A stretch of 64,000 bases of DNA from assembly GCA_045595505.1 (NCBI GenBank), contig JAZOAO010000027.1, positions 84,717 to 148,716 of the forward strand, in the 5' to 3' direction. Shown here one piece after another: positions 45,042 through 54,541 of the stretch; within the stretch, counting starts at the first letter, position 1, and each line of letters opens with the position of its first letter. Source of the stretch: Acutalibacteraceae bacterium. GTDB taxonomy: Bacteria > Bacillota > Clostridia > Oscillospirales > Acutalibacteraceae. The notes under the pieces are model-generated. The model was not told the origin of the DNA and ran no database searches. It worked only from the letters and a program-made list of their open reading frames with translations. The position numbers and the translations under genes were made by a program.

Positions 45042-45607
45042 TTAAATCTTGTTCCATATAAATTGCAGAGTAGCGTTTTCTTTATGTATTATGCGACAAG
45101 GGTTACCCACTACCACACTATGGCTCGGCACATCTTCATTAACAAAAGCGTTAGGTGCGATTAAAACATCGTCACCTATTGTAATACCGCCTATTACTGT
45201 GGCATTTATTCCTATCTGCACGCAATTACCGATAACAGGTGCACCTTGGGGTTTCCCACATTGTTACCTATTGTAGAACCCTTATACATAGTAACGTTTT
45301 TTCCTAAAACAGCAAAGGGCGACACAGTAATATTATAAGGGTGTATCATACAAAAGCCTTCGTCGATTTTGGTGTAGGTTTTTATTTCAATTCCGTATTT
45401 TCTGCAAAGTCTGAATAATTTATATTCATAATATAATTTGAGTGGTTTGAATTTCGTTTTCTGTGCAAGGCGGAAATAAACCATATATCTGACGCTGTGA
45501 TACAATATAAAATCTTTTATAAAATCAAAAAATGAAAAAGTTTTGCTATCTCTCAGGCGCATATAATCCTGATACCACGGTTTGTTTTTTATTTTCATTA
45601 TCATCAC
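45042..45607 (-). pseudogene. Hexapeptide-repeat O-acetyltransferase (CysE/WcaB-like) interrupted by a 1-nt frameshift
   Basis: The track ORF 45212..45607 ends NNVGNPKVHLLSVIACR*. Shifting the frame by one at the gggaaacccc run (about 45250-45262) gives GKPQGAPVIGNCVQIGINATVIGGITIGDDVLIAPNAFVNEDVPSHSVVVGNPCRIIHKE...NKI* ending at 45042. The total length is 566 nt, one short of a multiple of three. Confidence 0.8.
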
Positions 45608-45684
45608 CTTTTGGAGAGTGGTTGTTTTTGAATAAATTCATTCTCTGTCAAATGAAGTCCCTTTTAAAGTTATTTTAATAAGGG

Positions 45685-46590
45685 TCAAAGTTTCTTTAGG
45701 GTGCGTTTAATTTTATTGACAACTCTTTTGAAAAAAATTAGTAACCGATTATAAAAAATAATAAAGTCATATTTAAAATCAGAAAAAGCCAACATAACAC
45801 TGGGTTTGTTTTTTCTTAATAAATCTAAAGCACTAATTTGTTTCAAATAAATAGGGGTTTTGGTAAATCTTGTTCCCCAATGCATAATATCTGTATAAAT
45901 ATTTTCAGGAACTACATAAGCAGAGTTGTTTTTCAAACTGAGCTTCATACCATTCTCGCATTCCCAATAACAGAAAATCGCCGATAAATCGTGCTTTATA
46001 GGCTTGCATTTATTAACAGCCATACTCAAAGCTACAACAGGTTCATCACCCGGGGTTTCAAATTTTCCCTTGAATTTGTAATCTGCATAATTAAGAGAGA
46101 AGTTTTTGGCATCCCCTAAAACTTTTTTGCATTTTTCGGTTTTGCGCATATAGTAAATACCGCCGTGTAAACCTACTACATAGTCTATTTGAGGCTTCAT
46201 ATCATCCTTTAAATTGTCGTACTCAAACCAACCTGTTTTATCATCAAGCGGCAAAACGCGACCAAAGCAGGAGAAGTCATCAGCATTTGAAAATTCTTCA
46301 AAAAGTCTGTTTATATCTCTGTATACGAGGCAGTCTGCATCAATGAAAATGTTTATATCGTAGGGAAGAAGTTCAAACATATTGAGCTTGTCAAGGTATG
46401 AGCGAGTGGGGTTCTCAAAAATGCGAACGTCGTCAAATTCTTTTGTATACTCATTTTCTGTATCACATAAAAGGGCAAAGGGAAGGGGGGTTTTAGTTGT
46501 AAAACGATAGGAGCGCAAAAGATTTCTTGCAATTTCGTAATATTGCTCTTTACCTGTTGCAATTGTGATAAAGCCCTTTGTAAGTGCCAT
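45685..46590 (-). CDS. Putative nucleotide-diphospho-sugar transferase (GT-A, GT8-like)
   Basis: A Rossmann-like N-terminus FITIATGKEQYY and a DxD-type motif IFIDADCLV. The family call is tentative. Confidence 0.5.
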   Translation of the reverse strand: MALTKGFITIATGKEQYYEIARNLLRSYRFTTKTPLPFALLCDTENEYTKEFDDVRIFENPTRSYLDKLNMFELLPYDINIFIDADCLVYRDINRLFEEFSNADDFSCFGRVLPLDDKTGWFEYDNLKDDMKPQIDYVVGLHGGIYYMRKTEKCKKVLGDAKNFSLNYADYKFKGKFETPGDEPVVALSMAVNKCKPIKHDLSAIFCYWECENGMKLSLKNNSAYVVPENIYTDIMHWGTRFTKTPIYLKQISALDLLRKNKPSVMLAFSDFKYDFIIFYNRLLIFFKRVVNKIKRTLKKL

Positions 46591-46709
46591 AATTTAACCT
46601 CTTTTAAGTAATGCTTTTAATTTATATAGTTTCCTTTTTTAGTCGTACATAATATGACGGATTCGAACAATCTTCTACTAATCTTTCAAAGTTTTAGGTT
46701 CCTAAATTT

Positions 46710-46863
46710 TCAAAGAAATATATTCTGAAATTGTGCTCGTATACGGATTTTGTTGGTGCTGTAATGTGAGCCGTAGTCAATAAGTATAATTTCAAAATCA
46801 CAAAATGTCTGATTTAAAATACTATTAACTGAGAAAGCCTTATATAGTAATGATATTGCTTAT
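46710..46863 (-). pseudogene. Relic of the first ~50 codons of a GT2 paralogue
   Basis: The minus-strand translation ISNIITIYKAFSVNSILNQTFCDFEIILIDYGSHYS...* parallels the N-terminus of the intact GT2 at 46874..47857 (ISVIVPVYKVEPYLSRCIDSILNQTFTDFEIILVDDGSPD). A residual taATG overlap with the upstream stop gives only MYL*. Confidence 0.75.
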
Positions 46864-46873
46864 CAGAGATACA

Positions 46874-47857
46874 TTAGCTTCTTGAGATTTTGAGTTTTTT
46901 ATATATAGAAACAATAATTACAAATAATTTAGTTAACCGTGGATATACCTTTTCATAAATTTCAGTAGCTGTTCTTATTGATAAGCTCAAATCTTTTTTG
47001 TATTCCTTGAAGTAACCTTTCAGTTTCTTTTTTAATCCCGGGGTAAGATATGAGTATTCATCAGATTTTTCGGTTGCTTTAATTTGTGAAGTGAGTCTCC
47101 ACAAAAGCGTTAATTCGATTTTTTTTAATGCATCATTATATCCGTTCTTTTTGAAAAAAGCAACCTGTTCTTCGAGAGCGTTGATTATATCAAGCTTTCT
47201 GGGTGACCATGCACTATTCATAAATCCCGAAGGATTTGTATAATAAAAGTATAATTTTTCATCTATGTAGGCAATGTGGGGTGTCTTAAATAAAACCTTG
47301 TATGTGGTGAATTCGTCTTCGTAACGAATACCAATAGGATAACGTATAGTTTCAAAATAAGTTTTTTTATATAATTTACAGCAAGGAACAACAGCAGTTA
47401 CTGGATTTTCAATATAGAAATTTTCTGTATCTATTTTATTTGGACTGTTGTCATTAACAGCTATGAAAGAAGATACTGTGGAAGCTTTCTGGTATTGGCA
47501 CGCACTGATATCTAGCCCCAAAGCGATTGCAGAAGAAAACAATAACTCTAAATATTGGGGATGAATCCAGTCATCGCTGTCAATGAAAGTAAGCCATTGG
47601 CTATTACTGTTTTTAAGAGCCCACTCAATAGCGGTATTTCTGGCAGCAGATACACCTCTGTTTTCTTGATGAATCACCAATATTCTGGGGTCTTTGTCAG
47701 CATATTCATCGCAGATTTTACCGCAGTTATCGGGCGAGCCATCATCAACAAGTATGATTTCAAAATCAGTAAAGGTCTGATTTAAAATACTGTCAATGCA
47801 CCTTGATAAATATGGCTCAACTTTATAAACAGGTACTATTACAGAAATTGTTGGCAT
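46874..47857 (-). CDS. Glycosyltransferase family 2
   Basis: ISVIVPVYKVEPYLSRCIDSILNQTFTDFEIILVDDGSPD ... FIDSDD. Confidence 0.9.
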   Translation of the reverse strand: MPTISVIVPVYKVEPYLSRCIDSILNQTFTDFEIILVDDGSPDNCGKICDEYADKDPRILVIHQENRGVSAARNTAIEWALKNSNSQWLTFIDSDDWIHPQYLELLFSSAIALGLDISACQYQKASTVSSFIAVNDNSPNKIDTENFYIENPVTAVVPCCKLYKKTYFETIRYPIGIRYEDEFTTYKVLFKTPHIAYIDEKLYFYYTNPSGFMNSAWSPRKLDIINALEEQVAFFKKNGYNDALKKIELTLLWRLTSQIKATEKSDEYSYLTPGLKKKLKGYFKEYKKDLSLSIRTATEIYEKVYPRLTKLFVIIVSIYKKLKISRS

Positions 47858-48021
47858 TTATAAGCTCCTTTTAAGCTTTTAATTGATGTAGTTTTCTTTT
47901 TGTCGTACATAAAAAATGGATTTAAACAATCTTCTACTAACCTTTGAAAATCTTGTTTTTCTGAATTTTTATAAATATCTTAATTGGTTTTATTGATATA
48001 TCAATATGCTTTTTATATTTT

Positions 48022-49305
48022 TTAATTTACGATCTCAATATCTTCAATTAACATATCATCAAATTTAATATGTCCCCAATATTGAGTAAGCCATAGTAAA
48101 TCATCATTTTCGCTTTGTACTATTTCCAAAAACAGTGCAGGGTCTACTCTATCTACAAAACTTTGATTACCGAAGCAATCGCGTTCATAAGCTAAAGCCG
48201 CCGCTTTATAGCTTCCTGGTGCAAGATTGTTTAGTTCTAAAGCTAATTGTAAATCAATTCTCTGTCCAGCTTTTGCTGAAACTTCTTTATCAGTGAACAC
48301 TGTACCGACTATACTTCCGTCAGAATAAAAAATTTCAAACCTGAAACCAATGTCACTAACAGATGAATTACATGCACAGTGTAATGTTAAATAACATTTT
48401 TCACCTTGATAAAAAGCATTTTTTTCTTTATTCCTTATTTCAATACCCAACATTTCCATCTTTCTATTTCCATAAGAAGAATGATTAGTTTGTGAATAAT
48501 TAAAAATTACACCTGTATCATAATTTTTATTCATATACACTTCTATCGCTGCTTCTGTGTCACCATCGAAGACTACCTTGCCTTTATCAAGTACGATACA
48601 CCTATCGCAGAGCTGACGTATAGTATTCATATTGTGGCTGACATAAAGGACGGTTCGGCCTTCTTGGTTAGCAGCCTCGTTCATTTTGTTAAGACACTTT
48701 TTCTGGAAAGCCATATCACCAACAGCCAAAACCTCGTCCATAATCATAATTTCTGAATCAAGGTGGGCTGCAACGGAGAAGGCAAGCTTAACATACATAC
48801 CGCTTGAGTAACGCTTAACAGGGGTGTCTATAAATTTTTCCATTTCGGCGAATTTAACAATTTCATCGAATTTCTTGTCGATTTCAGACTTTGTCATGCC
48901 CAGGATTGTGCCATTCATATAAACGTTTTCACGACCTGTAAGCTCGGGGTGGAAGCCTGTGCCTACCTCAAGCATTGATGCGATTCTGCCGTTGTAGGAT
49001 ATTTTCCCGCCCGAGGGTGCCGTAACACGGCAAAGGAGCTTTAAAAGTGTGGATTTACCTGCGCCGTTGTGACCGATTATACCAACAGCTTCGCCCTTTT
49101 TAACCTCAAAGGAAACTCCGTCGAGAGCCATAAATCTGTCGCCCTTTTTCCCTTTTTCGGCTTCACCGATTTTGGTGTTAGGGTCTTCCTTATGGCGGAT
49201 TTTAGCCCAAAAGGTCTGTAGGTCTCCTCGGAGTGTACCGCCACCTATAGCACCAAGGCGGTATTCTTTTGAAACGTTTTCTATTTTAATTGCTATGTTT
49301 TCCAT
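48022..49305 (-). CDS. Polysaccharide/teichoic-acid ABC exporter ATP-binding protein (Wzt/TagH-like) with extra C-terminal domain
   Basis: Walker A GHNGAGKST, the signature YSSGMYVKLAF and Walker B IMIMDEVLAVGD. About 170 additional C-terminal residues could form a Wzt-type glycan-terminus-binding domain. Confidence 0.9.
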   Translation of the reverse strand: MENIAIKIENVSKEYRLGAIGGGTLRGDLQTFWAKIRHKEDPNTKIGEAEKGKKGDRFMALDGVSFEVKKGEAVGIIGHNGAGKSTLLKLLCRVTAPSGGKISYNGRIASMLEVGTGFHPELTGRENVYMNGTILGMTKSEIDKKFDEIVKFAEMEKFIDTPVKRYSSGMYVKLAFSVAAHLDSEIMIMDEVLAVGDMAFQKKCLNKMNEAANQEGRTVLYVSHNMNTIRQLCDRCIVLDKGKVVFDGDTEAAIEVYMNKNYDTGVIFNYSQTNHSSYGNRKMEMLGIEIRNKEKNAFYQGEKCYLTLHCACNSSVSDIGFRFEIFYSDGSIVGTVFTDKEVSAKAGQRIDLQLALELNNLAPGSYKAAALAYERDCFGNQSFVDRVDPALFLEIVQSENDDLLWLTQYWGHIKFDDMLIEDIEIVN

Positions 49306-49323
49306 TAGTTTTCTCCACCTGTA

Positions 49324-50181
49324 TCAGACAGTATCCATAAATGTTTTTTCAACCTTGCTGAAAAGCAAAATACCTATAAATAATACGACAAGGGTAAATA
49401 CCCAGCTTATGCCGTAGAAAATCCACTCGATTTCACCCAGTCCCAGATATGCATAACGGAACAGGTTTACTATGGGTGTTACGGGATTGAGCATATATAA
49501 TGCGTGGTATTTACCGCCCGGGGCGAACACCGCCATACTATTCATATCATAAGCTATGGGGGATGCGTACATCCAGAGCTGTGTACCAAAACTCACAAGC
49601 ATTGCAAGGTCACGGTATTTGGTTGTAAGAGCTGAAATAATAATACCGCAACCAAGGCTGAGAAGTGCTAGTTGTAAAATGATTAGGGGGGTCATTAAAA
49701 TATATAAATTTGGATGACAACCCTGGTTTGTTACAGTATAGTAGATAAGGAAGATAACCATAAACATAAACTGTATTGCCAAGGATATCAGGTTTGACAT
49801 AACAGTTGAGACGGGCATAACAAGGCGGGGAAAATAAACCTTGCCCATTGTGCCACTATTAGCAACAAAGGTGTTTGCAGTTTGCGTAAGGCATTGGTTA
49901 AAGTATGTCCAAAGTATTGTGCCCGAAAGGTAGAATATAAATGAAGGCACACCGTTTGCCGAAAGACCTGCAATATTACCAAAAACCAGGGTGAATACAA
50001 CCGTTGTTAAAAGTGGTTGCACGATTGCCCAAAGTGGTCCTAATATTGTTTGCTTGTACTGTGAAACAAAATTTCTTTTTACAAATAAAAACACAAGATC
50101 GCGATATTGCAATAATTCTTTTAAGTGCAAATCAAACCAACCGTTTTTGGGTTCAATTACTGTTTGAAATTTTTCGTTCAT
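49324..50181 (-). CDS. ABC-2 type polysaccharide exporter permease (Wzm/TagG-like)
   Basis: A six-TM ABC-2 permease with the N-terminal block LLQYRDLVFLFVKRNFVSQYKQTILGPLWAIVQP. It lies immediately upstream of the Wzt-like ATPase. Confidence 0.9.
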   Translation of the reverse strand: MNEKFQTVIEPKNGWFDLHLKELLQYRDLVFLFVKRNFVSQYKQTILGPLWAIVQPLLTTVVFTLVFGNIAGLSANGVPSFIFYLSGTILWTYFNQCLTQTANTFVANSGTMGKVYFPRLVMPVSTVMSNLISLAIQFMFMVIFLIYYTVTNQGCHPNLYILMTPLIILQLALLSLGCGIIISALTTKYRDLAMLVSFGTQLWMYASPIAYDMNSMAVFAPGGKYHALYMLNPVTPIVNLFRYAYLGLGEIEWIFYGISWVFTLVVLFIGILLFSKVEKTFMDTV

Positions 50182-50196
50182 TTTAATCCTCTCATT

Positions 50197-51381
50197 TTAA
50201 AATAATTCTTCAAGTTTTAAAATAATTCTTTGATTGATATTATTAAAATCACAATTCATCAAAGACTTTTTACAAATCTCAAGTTCTTCTCTGCTTTTAT
50301 ATAATCTTAAAATGTTTTTATAAATAGCTTCTGTATTCGTATCACACAAAAAGCCGTCAACATCGTTTTGAATCTGACTGCCTGCAGCTGCGTAGGTTGC
50401 AAGAATCGGTGTTCCGAGAATTTTTGCTTCCATAATTGAAAGGCTATATCCTTCAAATAAACTTGGCTGAATAAACAAATCGCATTTTTTTATGTATGGA
50501 TAGGGGTTGCTTTTCATTCCCAACATAAAAATATGCTTTTCCATTTTATGTGCCGCTATTTGTTTTCTTATATCCTTTTCAATAGGTCCTCCGCCAACTA
50601 TATACCAATTAATATCTTCATAGCCTTCTTCAACAAGCTGTGAAATAGCTTCTACAGCAAAATTCAAGCCTTTGACCGGCGATAACCTTCCGCAAGAAAC
50701 TATATTGAATTTGTTTTTGGGGAAAAGACCTACTTCAATAGGTGCTTTGCTTTTTTCTATAATCGCATCTATATCTATAATGTTATTAATGGTAACAATT
50801 TTGTTAGCATATTTTTTTCTGTATGCTTTCAGCTTTTTGGTAATATTATCTGATACCGCAATTATCTTTTCACTTTTTTCATAACCATAGCGGTCGTGAT
50901 ATTCCTTTCGCATTGCACCGTGGTGGTAAAACATTAAAAACTTTTTTGCTTTTATAGCCTTTACTGCTATTTCTGCAGTTCTGTCACTATAAATAACAGC
51001 AGTGTCAAAGCTTTCATCCTTCAAGTGTTCCTTTATGTAATTTGAATAAAGGTGATTTTCCAAGGCTTTAAATAAAAAGTTTAATATATGCCATATCAAT
51101 CGGCGAAAGCGAGTAGTTCCTTGTGGTTCTTCTAATATATCATATAGTTTTTTAAATTTATAGGGTTTTGTAAATGTAACAAGGCTATGTCTGTCCGCTA
51201 CGATAAGCCTGCAGTTTTTTGTTAACCGTTCCGCCATATCAAGATAGTTTTTCGTAATAAGGCAGGTTACATCATATTTACCGTAGTCAAGCTTGTTAAT
51301 AAGGTTCACAAGGGCTGTTTCTATTCCGCCAATCCACAATGCCTGACTTACAAAAATAATTTTTTTCTTCTTATTTTTCAA
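50197..51381 (-). CDS. Glycosyltransferase family 4
   Basis: The EX7E block is PSLFEGYSLSIMEAKILGTPILAT. Confidence 0.85.
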   Translation of the reverse strand: MKNKKKKIIFVSQALWIGGIETALVNLINKLDYGKYDVTCLITKNYLDMAERLTKNCRLIVADRHSLVTFTKPYKFKKLYDILEEPQGTTRFRRLIWHILNFLFKALENHLYSNYIKEHLKDESFDTAVIYSDRTAEIAVKAIKAKKFLMFYHHGAMRKEYHDRYGYEKSEKIIAVSDNITKKLKAYRKKYANKIVTINNIIDIDAIIEKSKAPIEVGLFPKNKFNIVSCGRLSPVKGLNFAVEAISQLVEEGYEDINWYIVGGGPIEKDIRKQIAAHKMEKHIFMLGMKSNPYPYIKKCDLFIQPSLFEGYSLSIMEAKILGTPILATYAAAGSQIQNDVDGFLCDTNTEAIYKNILRLYKSREELEICKKSLMNCDFNNINQRIILKLEELF

Positions 51382-52372
51382 AGCTACTCTTCTCCGGTAA
51401 AATAGTTTCGAATGCAGATTTTAATTCTTCTGAAAGGTATTGGAAATTACTCTCATCTGCATCATCATTTACGCATATCATATCATTATTTTGGTTTTTA
51501 ATAGCACTGCACACAAAATCAGTGGTATTTTCATTGACAGAGCAAACAAGGTTATCCGTATTATATGGGATGAAGCTTCCGCTTGCTATTTGCCACCAGA
51601 GCATAACCCATTGGTTAACATCATCTGCAGAGCGAAACTTGTGGGAGCTTGTTTTATTGAGTAAGTCTTTTTCTGCTTCCCATACCTCTTCGAAGGTCTT
51701 TTTTAAATATGCGCCGGGAGCGTGGAGATTTTTAAAGCCTAAAAAATTATCGGGAAAAAGTTTTTCAAGAGCAAAGGTTCTTACATTATCCTGCCATCTG
51801 TAGCTTTTGCTTATATACTTTTTGTTAAAGCTTTTCACTTGTTCTTTTTTATTAAAATGGTTATTTATAACTCCCATATTATTAACTGCCGCATGCAACC
51901 AGATATCTGTATCTCCCTGAAATGCCATGGGTACTTCACCACCATAGGTGCAGGGGAGACCTTCGTTAAAAAAAGCTTGTTCGGTCATATTACGAATAAT
52001 AAACATATCGTCATTAAAATAAACAAATTTCTCTGAAAGTCCGGGTATGCGATGAATATTCAATTCAATGGCGTGAGAGCTGAAGGTAGGGAGATATTCT
52101 GCCGGAATAAAATCTGTGTGCTTTACAATATTAAGCTTGGGATTGTTTAAATTTAAAAATTCAGGAATGTGCCCCCAGGTAACAAAATGGATTTTATTAA
52201 CCCAGGGAGTGAATTTTTCAACACCGCGAAACCAATAAGGAAGGAGATCCCAATCGCGATAACGACTAACAGAGTTACTGTCATCAATAATCTTGGGATC
52301 GTATTTGGATTTTTCACTTTGCCATTTGGGGTCGTTACCGTCAACCCAAAGAATAACGAAATCTATTCCCAT
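51371..52372 (-). CDS. Stealth-family (CR1-CR4) hexose-1-phosphate transferase
   Basis: CR1-like IDFVILWVDGNDPKW and CR2-like RYRDWDLLPYWFRGVEKFTPWVNKIHFVTWGHIPEFL. Its 3' end overlaps the start of the next gene by 11 nt. Confidence 0.75.
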   Translation of the reverse strand: MGIDFVILWVDGNDPKWQSEKSKYDPKIIDDSNSVSRYRDWDLLPYWFRGVEKFTPWVNKIHFVTWGHIPEFLNLNNPKLNIVKHTDFIPAEYLPTFSSHAIELNIHRIPGLSEKFVYFNDDMFIIRNMTEQAFFNEGLPCTYGGEVPMAFQGDTDIWLHAAVNNMGVINNHFNKKEQVKSFNKKYISKSYRWQDNVRTFALEKLFPDNFLGFKNLHAPGAYLKKTFEEVWEAEKDLLNKTSSHKFRSADDVNQWVMLWWQIASGSFIPYNTDNLVCSVNENTTDFVCSAIKNQNNDMICVNDDADESNFQYLSEELKSAFETILPEKSSFEK

Positions 52373-52382
52373 AACAAACCTC

Positions 52383-53408
52383 TTATTTGCTTATACTTTT
52401 TAATATGCTTTTTACGAAAATTGCAATTTTATGCCTTGCTTGAGTTTTTAAGTTCAATAACCGGATTTTTAAATATCGGGATTCTTCAATATCATTTAAA
52501 AAGCTTATATACCTTGAAGGAATTTCATCTTTTTTTATTTCATTAAAAAGTGTGTTGCTCTTTAAACCTTCCGCGAACTTTTTAATTTCCTTTACATTTT
52601 CATAATACATCTTTTGTGAAAGGAGCATAAAAAAGAAATTATTAAATACACTATCTCCTTTTTCATCAACAACTATTTCCTTAATAGCTGTTTTAAAGGG
52701 TAAAACATATTCACATAAATCATCTATTCTTTTTAATCTGTTAAAGGCATTTTTCTCGTTTTCAGACTGTTTGTAATGATATAAGTCCTTCGGCAAGCAA
52801 TATATATTTTCACACACCTTTAAGCATTCTAAGGAAAACAGAAAATCCTCCATTAAAAAGTAATGGGTATTAAATAAGATGTTATTATCACTAATCAAAG
52901 CTTTTTTGTAAATCTTGTTACAGGCTGATGTAAGGGAGTTTGTATTATATAAGCTTTCAAGCTCTGCTTTGATTTGGATTTTATTAAGAATTCCTGTCTG
53001 CTCGGGAACTAATTTATCGCTTCTGTAAAGCTTGCCTTTTTTATAATAATCAAAGCTCATACCGAAAACAAGAATATCCGGTTTTTTGCTTTTGAGTATA
53101 TCAACACATTCCGAAAAACCGTTTTCTTCAGCAGTGTCATCTGCATCAAAAAACACAATATATTCGCCTGTTGCAATATTTATACCTCTGTTTCTTGCTG
53201 CTGAAACACCGCTGTTTTCTTGCTCAGAATATTTAATAAAGCTATATTTTGAGCAAAGGCTATTGCAAACAGATGCTGTATTATCTGTTGAGCCGTCGTT
53301 AACTATGACTATTTCATAATCTGTTAAACCGGAAGAAATTATACTGTCAACAGTGCTCTTTATACTTTTCCCACAATTAAACCCGGGAATTATTACGCTA
53401 AGCAACAT
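52383..53408 (-). CDS. Glycosyltransferase family 2
   Basis: LSVIIPGFNCGKSIKSTVDSII ... VNDGSTD ... FFDADD. Its ATG shares one base with the EpsG-like stop (TAATG). Confidence 0.9.
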   Translation of the reverse strand: MLLSVIIPGFNCGKSIKSTVDSIISSGLTDYEIVIVNDGSTDNTASVCNSLCSKYSFIKYSEQENSGVSAARNRGINIATGEYIVFFDADDTAEENGFSECVDILKSKKPDILVFGMSFDYYKKGKLYRSDKLVPEQTGILNKIQIKAELESLYNTNSLTSACNKIYKKALISDNNILFNTHYFLMEDFLFSLECLKVCENIYCLPKDLYHYKQSENEKNAFNRLKRIDDLCEYVLPFKTAIKEIVVDEKGDSVFNNFFFMLLSQKMYYENVKEIKKFAEGLKSNTLFNEIKKDEIPSRYISFLNDIEESRYLKIRLLNLKTQARHKIAIFVKSILKSISK

Positions 53409-54523
53409 TATTTAACTCCCCACTCCTCCCAGAAGAATCTATAGTTTGTGTAATCATCAACCGGAATAATATCTATATCAATATAACATCTATTATAAAA
53501 CCAGATAAGGAACACAACCAGAAGAATAATAATTATAAGCTTTAGCTTTGGTGGAATATCTAAACTGATACCTTCACTAACCCCCACGAGCCTTTCGTCC
53601 TTATAGTCTGCGAAGGAAAGGGGGATGAAAATAATAAGAAACTGTAAATAGTAGTCTGTAAGCCTTGTGAAAACATTATCAAAACCTGAAAACATTTGTA
53701 AAATTGCTGCTACAACAATTAAATTGGCAACCTTTGAAAAATATTTACCGTTAAAGCCTTTTAAAGCAAATCCTGCTATTATAAACAGAACTATTAAAAA
53801 GAATCGTCCGCCTAAATCAGCACTATCGCCGATAATACTCTCTTCATAATAAAAATCCTGCATCAGTTTTACTATTTGGTTTTTATTAATAAAAATAACT
53901 GCTGCACTGCAAATATATATAATTAGAGTTCGCAAAGTAAATTTTTGCTTAGATAAAAAATATGAAGGAAGAAATATCAAGGCAGGAGCATGAACAAAGC
54001 CGGCTAATATTGTAAACAATGTAAATTGCTTTGGTTTTTCCTCCATAATACCAACAAAGGCTACCATTATAAGCCCCATTGCTATTGATTGCTTGATAGC
54101 ACTAAAGCCAAATGTATAAAAGCCCATACAGTTCCATACTAAAAAGCTGAGCCAAGGAAGCGGGGAGTATTTATAAATTAAATAAGCTACCGCAGCCTCA
54201 ATAAATATGGCAACTACAACAAGAAACACTTGAAATTCCCCATCGGACAGGATTGAAAAAAATTTCAATAGCCAATTAAAGCCGAAGTTTCTGCCCTCTT
54301 GAAAAATCTCTTCGCTAAACCAACCTTCGTTTAATGTTCGCCAATATTTGTAGCAGTAGGTTTGCATATCACCCGTAAGATACGGGTGCCTTAAGCCTGA
54401 TAAAAGCGAATGGAGAACAGCCATTATTACAATATATTGCTTTCTATCTTTTGCGCCTTGGGGCATTAAAACACCAAAAGCCATAATTGCAACTAAAAGT
54501 AAATAGTATTCTAAGCTTTCCAT
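53408..54523 (-). CDS. EpsG-family polytopic membrane protein (Wzy-like polymerase candidate)
   Basis: 371 aa with about 10 TM helices. Composition and size are typical of EpsG/O-antigen-polymerase-like proteins embedded among GT genes. Confidence 0.65.
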   Translation of the reverse strand: MESLEYYLLLVAIMAFGVLMPQGAKDRKQYIVIMAVLHSLLSGLRHPYLTGDMQTYCYKYWRTLNEGWFSEEIFQEGRNFGFNWLLKFFSILSDGEFQVFLVVVAIFIEAAVAYLIYKYSPLPWLSFLVWNCMGFYTFGFSAIKQSIAMGLIMVAFVGIMEEKPKQFTLFTILAGFVHAPALIFLPSYFLSKQKFTLRTLIIYICSAAVIFINKNQIVKLMQDFYYEESIIGDSADLGGRFFLIVLFIIAGFALKGFNGKYFSKVANLIVVAAILQMFSGFDNVFTRLTDYYLQFLIIFIPLSFADYKDERLVGVSEGISLDIPPKLKLIIIILLVVFLIWFYNRCYIDIDIIPVDDYTNYRFFWEEWGVK

Positions 54524-54541
54524 GCTGTCTCCTTTCAGGTT

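Noticed and set aside
45049-45276. 75-aa plus-strand ORF
   Set aside because: It is the antisense shadow of the 3' half of the frameshifted hexapeptide acetyltransferase. The minus-strand alternative frame gives a textbook left-handed beta-helix repeat sequence.
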